Below are positions 48,545-62,620 of a DNA stretch of 64,000 bases, piece by piece (within the stretch, counting starts at the first letter, position 1; every line of letters begins with the position of its first letter). Below the pieces are notes generated by a model that did no database searches, was not told the origin of the DNA, and saw only the letters and a list, made by a program, of their open reading frames with translations. Source of the stretch: Callorhinchus milii (lineage: Eukaryota). Location of the stretch: the NCBI RefSeq assembly GCF_018977255.1, contig NW_024705146.1, positions 1 through 64,000 of the forward strand, written 5' to 3'. Made by a program: the position numbers and the translations under genes.

Positions 48545-50185
48545 TTACACATCTACCGGGTCTCCATTTGACTTTATATTGTCTAGGAAGTCCACCCACA
48601 CCTCCACTTCCACAAACTGCTGTGAGTTGCCTCGCTCTGCCTTACAGTCAGAATTCCCCTCTTGCTTCACGTTGCCTCCACCGATGTGAAGGTCCCATTC
48701 TGGAGTCGAATTTTCATCTTCACATTTTACCTTCACTTCTTCGCTATTCAACGTCACCTCTTCACATTTCACAATCACCTCTTCAAATTCCGCCTTGATA
48801 CCTTTCAAAGTGCCCAAACTGGGATTTTTTTCCGGTACTTGTTTCATGAAGGATGGGCTCCTTACGGCACTTTGACTTTCACAAGCTGATTTCAGACTCC
48901 ACTCCTTGTGGATCTTCTGATGCTTTTGTGTTCTCTGGTGTTCTTGAAGATGTTGTGAACGTGCAAACGCCTTCCCGCACAGAGTGCACCTGAAGGGTTT
49001 CTCTCCTGTGTGTGTTCTCTGGTGTCTTGCAAGAACAGATGAGTATGAAAATGCCTTCCCACACACACTGCACTTGAGGGTTCTCTCCTGTGTGTTTCTC
49101 TGGTTTTGCAAGATCACTTGACTCTGAAAATGCCTTCCCACACCATGCACTTGAAGTTCTCTCCTGTGTGTGTTCTCTGGTGTTTTGCAAGATCACTTGA
49201 CTCTGAAAATGCCTTCCCACACACACTGCACTTGAAGGGTTTCTCTCCTGTGTGTGTTCTCTGGTGTCGTGCAAGATGTTGTAACTGTGAAAATGCCTTC
49301 CCACACACACTGCACTTGAAGGGTTTATCTCCGGTGTGTGTTCTCTGGTGTTGTGCAATTTGTTGCAACTGTAAAAATGCCTTCCCACACACACTGCACT
49401 TGAAGGGTTTCTCTCCTGTGTGTGTTCTCTGGTGTGTTGCAAGATTTGAGGACTGTGAAATGCCTTCCCACACACTCTGCACGTGAAGGTTTCTTCCTGT
49501 GTGTGTTCTCTGTATTGCAAGATCAGATGACTGTGAAAATGCCTTCCCACACACACTGCACTTGAAGGTTTCTCTCCTGTGTGTGTTCTCTGGTGTATTT
49601 GACAATTTGATGGACCTGCAAACGCCTTCCCACACACACTGCACTTGAAGGGTTTCACTCCTGTGTGTGTTCTCTGGTGTGTTGCAAGATGTTGTGACCG
49701 TAAAAATGCCTTCTCACACACACTGCACTTGAAGGGTTTCTCTCCTGTGTGAGTTCTCTGGTGTCTTGCAAGATCATATGACTGTGAAAATGCCTTCCCA
49801 CACAGAGTGCACTTGAAGGGTTTCTCTCCTGTGTGTGTTCTCTGGTGTATTGCAAATGTTGTGACCGTAAAAATGCCTTCCCACACACACTGCACTTGAA
49901 GGGTTTTCTCTCCTGTGTGTGTTCTCTGGTGTCGTGCAAGATATTGTGACTGTGAAAATGCCTTCCCACACACACTGCACTTGAAGGATTTCTCTCCTGT
50001 GTGTGTTCTCTTGTTTGCAGATTAGATGACTGTGAAAATGCCTTCCCACACACAATGCACTTGAAGGTTTCTCTCCGTGTTTTTCTCTGGTGTCTTTGAA
50101 GAGTTGATGAATCTGCAAACGCCATCTCACACCGAGTGCACTTGAAGGGTTTTTCTCCCGTGTGTTTTTTCTGGTGCTGTGTCAA
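48545..50185 (-). CDS. C2H2 zinc-finger gene, terminal exon: 15 fingers plus acidic C-terminal tail; frameshifted in this sequence
   Basis: Tandem 84-bp units encoding [22 protein letters not shown]; stop at 48545; many 1-3 bp deletions (pseudogene or long-read error). Confidence 0.85.
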
Positions 50186-50389
50186 AATTTCAGTCCGATC
50201 CGTGCTGTATGCACGCTGGTCGGATTGTTGCCTTGCCGTACCGAGCCGCGCTGACTGCCTGTGCTCCATCAGACCAATTCTGCAGTGGAAGCGTCAGAGG
50301 AAGCGACAGCTGCAGACAGAAAATAGCATCTACACGTCCAGTATCGAGGCACAGAGGAATGAATATACGCATATATAAGTACACAATCT

Positions 50390-50952
50390 TGATTGAAGCT
50401 TTCATGACTGCAGGAATCCATACTCTATGGTTCTTTTGGTAAAGTCACGTAGGTAGAATTAACATAAATGACGTTTCGAACGCAACACAAGCGTTCGTCT
50501 TCGGGTGAAAATTGCGATAGCTGAGATGTCTGCTGTGATTTATTTAATAAACGCTTTCATTTAACTCACTGTCTGTTGTTGTTGTCATTGTTGTTGTTGT
50601 ATCCTCAAATCTTGTAACTCAATTTTAACCCACTTCCCAATGTGATATCGACTGCAAACTTGGTATACTTATGCCATACTGATGACAATACTATATTCTA
50701 TCATAAATAAAAAAAATTTAAACAATCTTTTTACATGTTATGTTTCGGCTTGGGTCTAATTGTCCACGGTAAACTGACGTTGGCTGTAATTGACCACGGT
50801 CGCTTGTGTTACGGCAAGCCTCGGGCCACTTCCTGGAGTCGTGGAGTTCTTCCATTACAAGTACATTTCATAAAAGCGTGTTCTTAAAAGTTTTTTAAAT
50901 TGTACTTATTTTATTTCTACCTACGTGACTTTACCGAAAGAACCAAAGAGTA
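50390..50952. mobile_element. Fold-back Penelope-derived element with a nested unclassified repeat (duplicate at ~59337-59895)
   Basis: Inverted terminal motifs at ~50425-50455 and ~50915-50952; HHR-like motif on the minus strand at 50470-50508 (CCGAAGA variant); nested repeat at ~50548-50885. Confidence 0.7.
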
Positions 50953-52454
50953 TATATAAATACAGTCACACATGACTAACACGTCTATACGTATTAATAT
51001 ATTCATGATAGAGTTAAAAGTTTCCCAAATTCATCACACGGGCTGTTATGGCGCACTATGAGAGGGCAAATGGTCATAAACATTCCTGGAAGCCCTCGTA
51101 TCTTCAAAATGAATGTTAACCCAAAACTCCAAGCACACAATTTTGGCTGTCTGGCTACAAAATGAATATTCATAAGAGCTAAATTCAGCTGACATAGCAA
51201 AGGGTGTTGAAAATAATACTACTTGTGTTATGCATAAATTCATGTTCAATCGCAACTTAGAGGTGTGAAGCCAGGCTCAGGTTTCTTTGAATGCTGGGAT
51301 GAACAGATCTAACGTCAGCTGTATGTGTGCTGTGTCAACTTCCTGACTGCTTCCATTCTCATAAAGAGTTCCAGATAAAACAAAAAACATAAACCATGCT
51401 TTGATATAACCTCTTGTTCAATAGAATTAATAGACTTTACTGCAAACACAAACTTGACACTGCACACACTGCCGTGGTAAACAGGTGGTGTCGTGTCCAG
51501 AACCATGCCTGGCCCCACACCTTCATCTGCTCAGTATTAATGTTTCAGTTTCATTTATTAGGTACTAGCTTTACTACCTGGCTTCGTCCGAGACTTGGAT
51601 TCTTGTCTTGAATGAATCCACGGCCAACGCGGAGGGTGGGAGATGCGTGACGTCAGCAGCACACTGCGTGACACTGCCGCATGCGGGTGACATCACAGAC
51701 GTGAGGTCACCGCTCACTTGCCATGCAAAATATATCCATTATTGCGCCCACCCCCAAAAATGCAAAAGTAATTTTTATACTTTTTACATTGTGTACAGTC
51801 TGGAAGTACCCACATGCCAAATTTCAAGTTTGTTGCATGTCGAAAGTATGCTAAACATTTCGAACAGACACACATTCACAAATTTCCCTTTGCCATAGGG
51901 ACAATTCAGATTAAAGTTGTCAGGCTAACTCTGTACTACAAGCAAACATGGCTAACCAAAAGTTTTCAATGCTTCCTCACTCCATCAAGTAATTGAGGAT
52001 AAATCAACATAACAGAGTTTGCGTGTCTCCCTCTCTCTCAGTGGTGGCGTGGATTTTCCTCCGGATGCCCCTCCACATTAAGAGTGAACATCAGCACGCG
52101 TTTAGAGCCTTTGACCGATAGTCATTTCCACACGTTGACAAAGCCCACCTTTAATTTTGATTTAAAGCTTCGTGACTGCAGGATTCATATTCTTGGTTCT
52201 TTCGGTAAAGTCACATAAAGGGAAATAACAAATAATATCATATAAACAACAATGCACTTACGAAGCTTCAAATCATAAGAGCGGTAACAGCCACAATGGC
52301 TCGGCCTGGTTACAAAATAGAAACTTAAGTTGTCCTCGTTTGTATTTCCTGCAGTCACGATAGCTCCAAATCTCTCATTGCCATGCTCATTTCTCTACAC
52401 CCCCCCCCCCGTATCTCTCTGCCCCCCTCTCTATTTAAGCCCTTAACACAGAGG

Positions 52455-52750
52455 TGTTGTTTCTGTGTGTGCCTATGTGTGTGCCTACGTGTCTGTGTTA
52501 TCTCTCCCTGTGTGCCTATGTGTCTCTCTCTGTGTGCCTGTGTCATCTCCTCTGTGTCTCTGTGTGTCTCTGTGTGTTTATGTGTGTCTGTCTCTCTGTG
52601 TGCCTATGTGTGCCTATGTGTGTGTCTATCTCCATGTCTATATGTGTCTCTTTCTCTGTGTCTCTCTGTGTGCCTATGTGTCTCTCTGTCTCTGTGTTAT
52701 CTCTCTCTGCTTGTGTGTATGTGTCTCCATGTCTGTGTTTAGTTCTCTCT
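52455..52750. repeat. TG/TC low-complexity microsatellite (duplicate at ~61416-61700)
   Basis: Visible low-complexity tract. Confidence 0.9.
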
Positions 52751-53564
52751 CTAAATTTAGCAATCTTTGGAAGAACGTTAATAACCAGGTGGGTGTTACT
52801 GTTATGTGAGCCGACTCGCTGTGTTGTGTTGTATTGCATTGTAGTTCTAAGTTTATTTTATTTATACCTATGTAACTTTACCGAAAGAACCAAAGACTAT
52901 TGTTCTAAGTTTACAATCTTTGCTTTCTCATTCATTTGTACCTGATGGTGATTGCTCGTGTTGCAAAGGAAACGTCGTATGCTATTATTTAATTAATGTG
53001 TTCTTTCTACGTGACTTTACCGAAAGAACCAAAGAGTATGGATCCCTGCACTCACGAAAGCTCCAGATCAAGTTTAACCGAGATAATTATTTGTTTTTTC
53101 GGTAAGGTCACGTAGGTAAAAAAATTAATGAAACGAATAAATTATGAATATTATTTAGTATTAAAAAGTTTTAATGAAAAAATTGTATTAAAATTAAATA
53201 TGAAAAAAAGAAACTAAATACATTTGTTTTTCATTTATGAAAAAAAGTTTGGATAAAAAAATGATATAACTAAAATAAATGAAAAAAAACCACCACATTA
53301 AATTGGTTGTTTCTTCATTTATTGTATTTCTGCTGCCGTCACGAAAGCTTCCAGATCAAGTTGAAGCGAGAGAATTCAAACAAAGGCCTTCAGGCGAGGG
53401 CAGGAGGCGAGGCCCCGCGTGGGTAGGCCCCGCGTTGTAATGTCCCAACATGGACATGGATTCCCATACTCGCTGCGACTCAATTGACATCCATACGAGA
53501 AAGAGAGAGGCTCTACCTTGGTAAACAACAACAACCACCACCACCACAACCACCACGATGAAAA

Positions 53565-53670
53565 TCTCTCACCTCGGATTTCATCGGCAGCTTCTCGTTA
53601 CCTCGCTACGTTATGGCGGCAGCAGGATGTGACGTAATATTCACTTCCGGGGTACAAGACACGCCCCCAA
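53565..53670 (-). promoter_or_regulatory. Candidate CpG-rich promoter and first exon of ZNF copy 1
   Basis: GC/KLF box CACGCCCC (53660), ETS CACTTCCGG (53642), CRE-like TGACGTAA (53630), YY1-like ATGGCGGC (53613), minus-strand donors GAG|GTAACG and GAG|GTGAGA (~53600, ~53572). Confidence 0.5.
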
Positions 53671-54130
53671 CGAGCGGTGCTGGGTAACTGAATAACTTAT
53701 TCGAGAATTGAAGCTTTCGTCAACTGCAGGAATGACTCAACTCGTTGTACACTCATTGGCTCTTTCGGTAAAGTCACGCGTCGAGGGATGATGGGGCGTG
53801 GGTGCTGAACCCGTCGCAATAAAAAACAAACTCGCGACGGCTTTTAACGAATATATTATGTTAATTTTATTTAATTTCTTTACCGAAATAACCAATGAGC
53901 AATTCCTGCAGTCACCAAAGCTTAGATCCTAGATTATGTTAATGAGCCGCCAGTCACTGGGCGTAGCTTTGCCCAAATAAGGATTGTACGGGTCAGACAT
54001 CGACGGGACCAAGCAGGGGTGACATGACGTCACTAGCGAGGCGCACCGCCCCCCCTGGCGTTTCACGCCGATGAGGTAATGCTTAGTGGTGACGTCAGAG
54101 AGAGGGGTCAGAGTTCAAGTTTTGCGTACA

Positions 54131-54674
54131 GAGGCCGTCCATAAATGACGTCACGCGATTTTGGACAATTTTGATCCCCCTCCCCCCTCGTCACACAGCG
54201 TCACAAAAAGTCAGACCCCCCTCAAATATGACGTCACAAAGCTCTACCCCCCCCCCCTTCAAAAAAAACACGCTTCAAATCGCTTTAAACTATTGTCATT
54301 GTAGTGCGTATTTAATGTGGCGCTGCACTCTGATTTTGTAGAAGAAAACATTTATTAAAAAGGAGACCAGGGGGGTGGGGGTTGAGAAATGTGACATCAC
54401 ATCAAAATGCGCAACTTTAAATACATATAGACAACACATTCTACATAATTAAAGACTTTTTAATGTTTTCTCCTACAATCAGAATGCAGCGCCACATTAA
54501 ATACGCACACAATGACAATAGTTTAAAGCAATTTGAAGCGTGTTATATTTATTTGGGGGGCAGAGCTGTGTGACGTCATATTTGAGGGGGTTTGACTTTT
54601 TGTGACGCCGTGTGACGCGGGTGGGGGGGTCAAAAATCGTCCAAAATCGCGTGACCTCATTTATGGACGGCCCC
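54131..54674. mobile_element. Fold-back MITE, PIF/Harbinger-like (duplicate at ~63083-63631)
   Basis: Long imperfect inverted arms beginning GGCCGTCCATAAATGACGTCACGCGATTTTGGAC; no clear TSD. Confidence 0.7.
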
Positions 54675-55039
54675 CATAACCAGTGGAGATGATTTTTTTA
54701 ACCGGTCCTGAGCCACCCCTACATCGACTCATCCTCAAATGCGTACCCGGTGCGGTGTGCGAACATCGCCACCCGCTAACAGCACTTGCCCCAATAGTCT
54801 GTGAAGGCTATACCGGGGGGATCTTTGTCTTGTATGTACACACACACACGTGGCCGATTACACAGATTAAAGGTCTCGACACACGTTGCCGTGAAAGTTC
54901 ACAAATTCACGTGTCTGGTTTATTGTGTTTGGTTACAATTATTCAAAACTCGTAAATTACAGGGCGTTTCAGAAGGGTGGACCGCATCTGCTTTGAAATT
55001 GGGTGTTATGTCATTTCTGTACGATTCCAATCATTTTCG

Positions 55040-55275
55040 ATTTAAAGTTTTCGTGACTGCAGGGATTCATCTTCTTGGTTCTTTCGGTAAAGTCACGTAA
55101 AGGGAAATAAAAAATAATAAATAAACATACTAAATAAATTCTCACGTTTCGGCCAAACGCAAGCAGGCGTCACCTAACCTGCTGCGTGTGGCCGAAACGT
55201 CGTGAGAATTATTTTAAAAATTTTATTTTTATTATTTCCCTTCTACGTGACTTACCGAAAGAACCAAGAAGATGA
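55040..55275. mobile_element. Fold-back Penelope-derived element with remnants of two opposed HHR halves
   Basis: TTCGGTAAAGTCACGTA...ACGTTTCGGCC...GGCCGAAACGTCGTGAG...CTACGTGACTTACCGAAAG. Confidence 0.72.
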
Positions 55276-56384
55276 TTCCAATCATTTTTACACGCTTCTA
55301 TTTAACTCACTTCGTCTGTTGTATCCTCAAAAACGAAATCTTCTAACTCAAATTTTACACACTTCCCAATGTGCTATCGACTGCAAACTTGGTATAGCGA
55401 TGTCATATTGATGACAACACGATATTATATCATACAAAATCCATAACATAGATTTTTTTTACATTTAACACGCTTTTATTTAAATTTACTGTATGTGTTG
55501 TATCCAAAAATCTTGTAACTCAATTTCAACCGTATTCCCAATGTATCGAATGCAAAATTCGTATAGGTGTGTCATACTGATGACAATACCATATTTTATC
55601 ATTAAAAATAAATAAATATTTTTTACAATCTTTTTTACGGCTCTAATTGTCCACGCTCAACTGACGTTGCCTGTAAATCACCGCGGTCCCTTACGTCACG
55701 GCAAGCCTTGGGAGCCACGCCCAGGGCCGGGGCATGTGGAAGAGGAGCGATGAGAGAAGGGGCAGGGGCAGCTCGGACAGTACATTTCATTAAAGCGTGT
55801 TTTAAAAAAAGTATTTTAAAATATTTAATTTTAACTGTCTGTTGTCGTTTTTGTCGTATTCTCAAATCTTGTAACTCAATTTTAACCAACTTCCCAATGT
55901 GGTATCGACTGCAAACTTGGTATACTTATGTCATACTGATGACAATACTATATTCTATCATTAAAAAATATATTTTTAAACATTCTTTTTTATGTTAAGT
56001 TTCGGTCTAATTGTCCCCACAGTCAACTGACGTTGGCTATAATTGGCCACTGTCCCTTACGTTATGGCAAGCTTCGGGGCCATTTCCTGGAGTCGTGGAG
56101 TTCTGCCATTACTAGTACATTTCATAAAAGCACGTATGAAAAAGCAAGTGTTTTTCTTAATTATTATTTATAGTCAAAATCGCCAAATTTGCGGAGCTTC
56201 GCTGCAAGTACAGGGAGAGACGAGAGGTGAGGCAGCGACACGCTCAGCCTCCCTCAGACACTGGATGGACCGCGGGCAGTAAGGGCTTGCCTGTTACTAT
56301 CTCAGCATGTCACCAATGGAATGTTTGTAGACCCCTTCATTGCATGTCCTCGCCTTCCATAGTCCAGGTAACTGAGTTCAAGTA

Positions 56385-57179
56385 CAGTAGAACCTCTGGT
56401 CACGACCATAATTCGTTCCATAACTTTGGTCGCAACCCGATTTGGTCGTGACTCAAACCTAATTTCCCCATTGGATTGTATGTTAATACGATTAATCCAT
56501 TCCAGACTCCTACGAACTGTATATAAAGTTTTTAAAATATTTTTAAGGACAAAAATAGTTAATTATGCCATAGAATTCATTGTAATAGTAAACTAAATGT
56601 AAAAACATTGCATAACACTGAGAAAACCTTGAAAAACAGAGAAAACTGACAAGGTTTAGAATTGTTCAACAAGATTACTGTTTCGTCTGCTACATCAGTC
56701 GGTCGATTCTGAGAGAGCATATTCGTATGAGCAATTTATGTTTCTATTGAAAGTTAACAGTAATATTTGAGTACAGTATTGTTTTTGGAAGCATTCACCG
56801 TAATATCGTATGAACGTTTACTTCACCGCATCATCGTATTAATGCGAGAAGAGATTAACGGGTTCTTATGTTAGCGATTGACGTACTCAGCGCTTTCGCT
56901 CTCTAAACTATGGCTTGAATGAGGAAGGAGGGGTATGACTACACTTACAAAATGTATACATCTTACTAGGAATTTTATATTACAAAAGATATATACATAA
57001 CTGTTACGCTTTGTGTAATTCAACAACAAAAATGGCGCGGAAGGAGAAATCGGCCGCGGCCCTGTTTGATCTCCACCCGAGTATGTGTTCGTGACCAGAT
57101 TAAATAAACTGTTGTAAATGTTTTGGTCGAAACCCAATTTGGTCGTGATCAGAAGCATTCGCGACCAGAGGTTCTACTG
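56385..57179. mobile_element. pogo/Tigger-like MITE (duplicate of 47280-48078)
   Basis: Same TIRs and TA TSD. Confidence 0.88.
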
Positions 57180-57646
57180 TATGTGCATAAAGATACGTAG
57201 GCTCGCTGGTCTCGTCATGAAACTGCAATGAAAAAGCACCAGGGGAGGCAGCTATCACATCTGCCTCACTGAGGGGGGTGGGCGTGTCAGACACACCGGT
57301 GAGGCCACGCCCCCAGTGCCTCCCCAGCCACTGACCTCACGCCATGTCACTGGCTCCCATCCATCGCGTTCATTGTTAATTACCGAGGCTCACAGAGCAA
57401 GACTAAGGCTCCCATAGGCTTCAGTGTGAATCGCTGAGGCTCACAAGAGCCAGATGAAGGCTCCCATAGGGTTCAGTGGTAAACACCGAAGCTCCTGGTG
57501 AGATATCTACCCAACCAACAGATCCACCAAGACTGGCCGCTCTTACCCTGCAGGTTGAACCTAAGATTTCAATGTTCTACTTCACGTTATTTTCATTAAA
57601 GGCCTGTGACAAAGGTGCATCTATTGGAAGCGACATCGTCTCAAGC

Positions 57647-59132
<1,486 letters not shown>

Positions 59133-62100
59133 AATTCAGTCCGATCCGTGCTGTATGCACGCTGGTCGGATTGTTGCCTTGCCGTACCGAGCCGCGCTGA
59201 CTGCCTGTGCTCCATCAGACCAATTCTGCAGAGGAAGCGTCAGAGGAAGCGACAGCTGCAGACAGAAAATAGCATCTACACGTCAGTATCAAGGCACAGA
59301 GAATGAATATACGCATATATAAGTACACAATCTTGATTTGAAGCTTTCATGACTGCAGGAATCCATACTCTATGGTTCTTTCGGTAAAGTCACGTAGGTA
59401 GAATTAACATAAATGACGTTTCGAACGCAACACAAGCGTTCGTCTTCGGGTGAAAATTGCGATAGCTGAGATGTCTGCTGTGATTTATTTTAATAAACGC
59501 TTTCATTTAACTCACTGTTGTTGTTGTCATTGTTGTCGTTGTATCCTCAAATCTTGTAACTCAATTTTAACCCACTTCCCAATGTGATATCGACTGCAAA
59601 CTTGGTATACTTACGCCATACTGATGACAATACTATATTCTATCATTAAATAAAAAAATTTAAACAATCTTTTTTACATGTTATGTTTCGGCTTGGGTCT
59701 AATTGTCCACGGTAAACTGACGTTGGGTGTAATTGACCACGGTCGCTTGTGTTACGGCAAGCCTCAGGGCCACTTCCTGGAGTCGTGGAGTTCTTCCATT
59801 ACAAGTACATTTCATAAAAGCGTGTTCTTAAAAGTTTTTTAAAATTTTACTTATTTTATTTCTACCTACGTGACTTTACCGAAAGAACCAAAGAGTATAT
59901 ATAAATACAGTCACACATGACTAACACGTCTATACGTATTAATATATTCATGATAGAGTTAAAAGTTACCCAAATTCATCACACGGGCTGTTATGGCGCA
60001 CTATGAGAGGGCAAATGGTCATAAACATTCCTGGAAGCCCTCGTATCTTCAAATGAATGTTAACCCAAAACTCCAAGCACACAATTTTGGCTGTCTGGCT
60101 ACAAAATGAATATTCATAAGAGCTAAATTCAGCTGACATAGCAAAGGGTGTTGAAAATAATACTACTTGTGTTATGCATAAATTCATGTTCAATCGCAAC
60201 TTAGAGGTGTGAAGCCAGGCTCAGGTTTCTTGAATGCTGGGATGAACAGATCTAACGTCAGCTGTATGTGTGCTGTGTCAACTTCCTGACTGCTTCCATT
60301 CTCATAAAGAGTTCCAGATAAAAACAAAAAACATAAACCATGCTTTTGATATAACCTCCGTGTTCAATAGAATATAGACTTTACTGCAAACACAAACTTG
60401 ACACTGCTACACACTGCCGTGTTAAACAGGTGGTGGCGTGTCCAGAACCATGCCTGGCCCCACACCTTCATCTGCTCAGTATTAATGTTTCAGTTTCATT
60501 TATTAGTACTAGCTTTACTACTGGCTTCGTCCGAGACTTGGATTCTTGTCTTGAATGAATCCACGGCCAACGCGGAGGGTGGGAGATGCGTGACGTCAGC
60601 ATGCACACTGCGTGACACTGCCGCATGCGGGTGACATCACAGACGTGAGGTCACCGCTCACTTGCCATGCAAAATATATCCATTATTGCGCACACTCCCC
60701 AAAAAATGCAAAAGTAATTTTTATACTTTTTGCATTGTGTACAGTCTGGAAGGTACCCACATGCCAAATTTCAAGTTTGTTGCATGTCAGAAAGTATGCT
60801 AAACATTTCGAACAGACATTCACAAATTTCCCTTGCCATAGGACAATTCAGATTAAAGTTGTCAGGCTAACTCTGTACTACAACAAGCAAACATGGCTAA
60901 ACCAAAAGTTTTCAATGCTTCCTCACTCCATCAAGTAATTGAGGATTAAATCAACATAACAGAGTTTGCGTGTCTCCCTCTCTCTCAGTGGTGCGTGGAT
61001 TTTCCTCCGGATGCCCCTCCACATTTAAGAGTGAACATCAGCACGCGTTTAGAGCCTTTGACCGATAGTCATTTCCACACGTTGACAAAGCCCACCTTTA
61101 AATTTTGATTTAAAGCTTTCGTGACTGCAGGGATTCATATTCTTGGTTCTTTCGGTAAAGTCACATAAAAGGGAAATAACAAAATAATATCAATATAAAA
61201 CAACAAATGCACTCACGAAAGCTTCAAATCATAAGAGCGGTAACAGCAGCACAAGTGGGCTCGGCCTGGTTACATAAAATAGAAACTTAAGTTGTCCTCG
61301 TGTTGTATTCCTGCAGTCACGATAGCTCCAAATCTCTCATTGCCATGCTCATTTCTCTACACCCCCCCCCCGTATCTCTCTGCCCCCCTCTCTATTTAAG
61401 CCCTTAACACAGAGGTGTTGTTTCTGTGTGTGCCTATGTGTGTGCCTACGTGTCTGTGTTATCTCTCCCTGTGTGCCTATGTGTCTCTCTCTGTGTGCCT
61501 GTGTCATCTCTCTCTGTGTCTCTGTGTCTCTGTGTGTTTATGGTGTCTGTCTCTCTGTGTGCCTATGTGTGTGTCTATCTCCATGTCTATATGTGTCTCT
61601 TTCTCTGTGTCTCTCTGTGTGCCTATGTGTCTCTCTGTCTCTGTGTTATCTCTCTCTGCTTGTGTGTATGTGTCTCCATGTCTGTGTTTAGTTCTCTCTC
61701 TAAAATTTAGCAATCTTTGGAAGAACGTTAATAAACCAGGTGGGGTGTTGACTGTTATGTGAGCCGACTCGCTGTGTTGTGTTGTATTGCATTGTAGTTC
61801 TAAGTTTATTTTATTTTATACCTATGTAACTTTACCGAAAGAACCAAAGACTATTGTTCTAAGTTTACAATCTTTGCTTTCTCATTCATTTGTACCTGAT
61901 GGTGATTGCTCGTGTTGCAAAGGAAACGTCGTATGCTATTATTTAATTAATGTGTTCTTTCTACGTGACTTTACCGAAAGAACCAAAGAGTATGGATCCC
62001 TGCACTCACGAAAGCTCCAGATCAAGTTTAACCGAGATAATTATTTGTTCTTTTCGGTAAGGTCACGTAGGTAAAAAAATTAATGAAACGAATAAATTAT

Positions 62101-62514
62101 GAAATATTTTTTAGTATTAAAAAGTTTTAATGAAAAAAATTGTATTAAAAATTAAATATGAAAAAAAGAAACTAAATACATTTGTTTTTCATTTATGAAA
62201 AAAGTTGGATAAAAAAATATGATATAACTAAAATAAATGAAAAAAAACCACCACATTAAATTGGTTGTTTCTTCATTTATTGTATTTCTGCTGCCGTCAC
62301 GAAAGCTTCCAGATCAAGTTGAAGCGAGAGAATTCAAACAAAGGCCTTCAGGCGAGGGCAGGAGGCGAGGCCCCGCGTGGCTAGGCCCCGCGTTGTAATG
62401 TCCCAACATGGACATGGATTCCCATACTCGCTGCGACTCAATTGACATCCCTACGAGAAAGAGAGAGGCTCTACCTGGTAAACAACAACAACCACCACAA
62501 CCACCACGATGAAA

Positions 62515-62620
62515 ATCTCTCACCTCGGATTTCATCGGCAGCTTCTCGTTACCTCGCTACGTTATGGCGGCAGCAGGATGTGACGTAATATTCACTTCCG
62601 GGGTACAAGACACGCCCCCA
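62515..62620 (-). promoter_or_regulatory. Candidate promoter and first exon of ZNF copy 2
   Basis: Same motif cluster as 53565-53670. Confidence 0.5.

Larger units (their letters stand above)
46524..55635. repeat. Tandem segmental duplication, unit 1 (~9.1 kb)
   Basis: Colinear, highly similar to 55636-64000 throughout (46524-55040 aligns to the window end). Confidence 0.95.

Noticed and set aside
49106-49486. Plus-strand ORFs with [16 protein letters not shown] repeats
   Set aside because: Well-known antisense shadow of C2H2 arrays
51414-51611. VQNHAWPHT resembling the mariner HDNARPH motif
   Set aside because: Too short and degenerate to support a call without a search
52383-52945. Cys/Val/Leu-rich ORFs (also 31435-32155 and 61415-61762)
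   Set aside because: Translations of TG/TC/CA microsatellites
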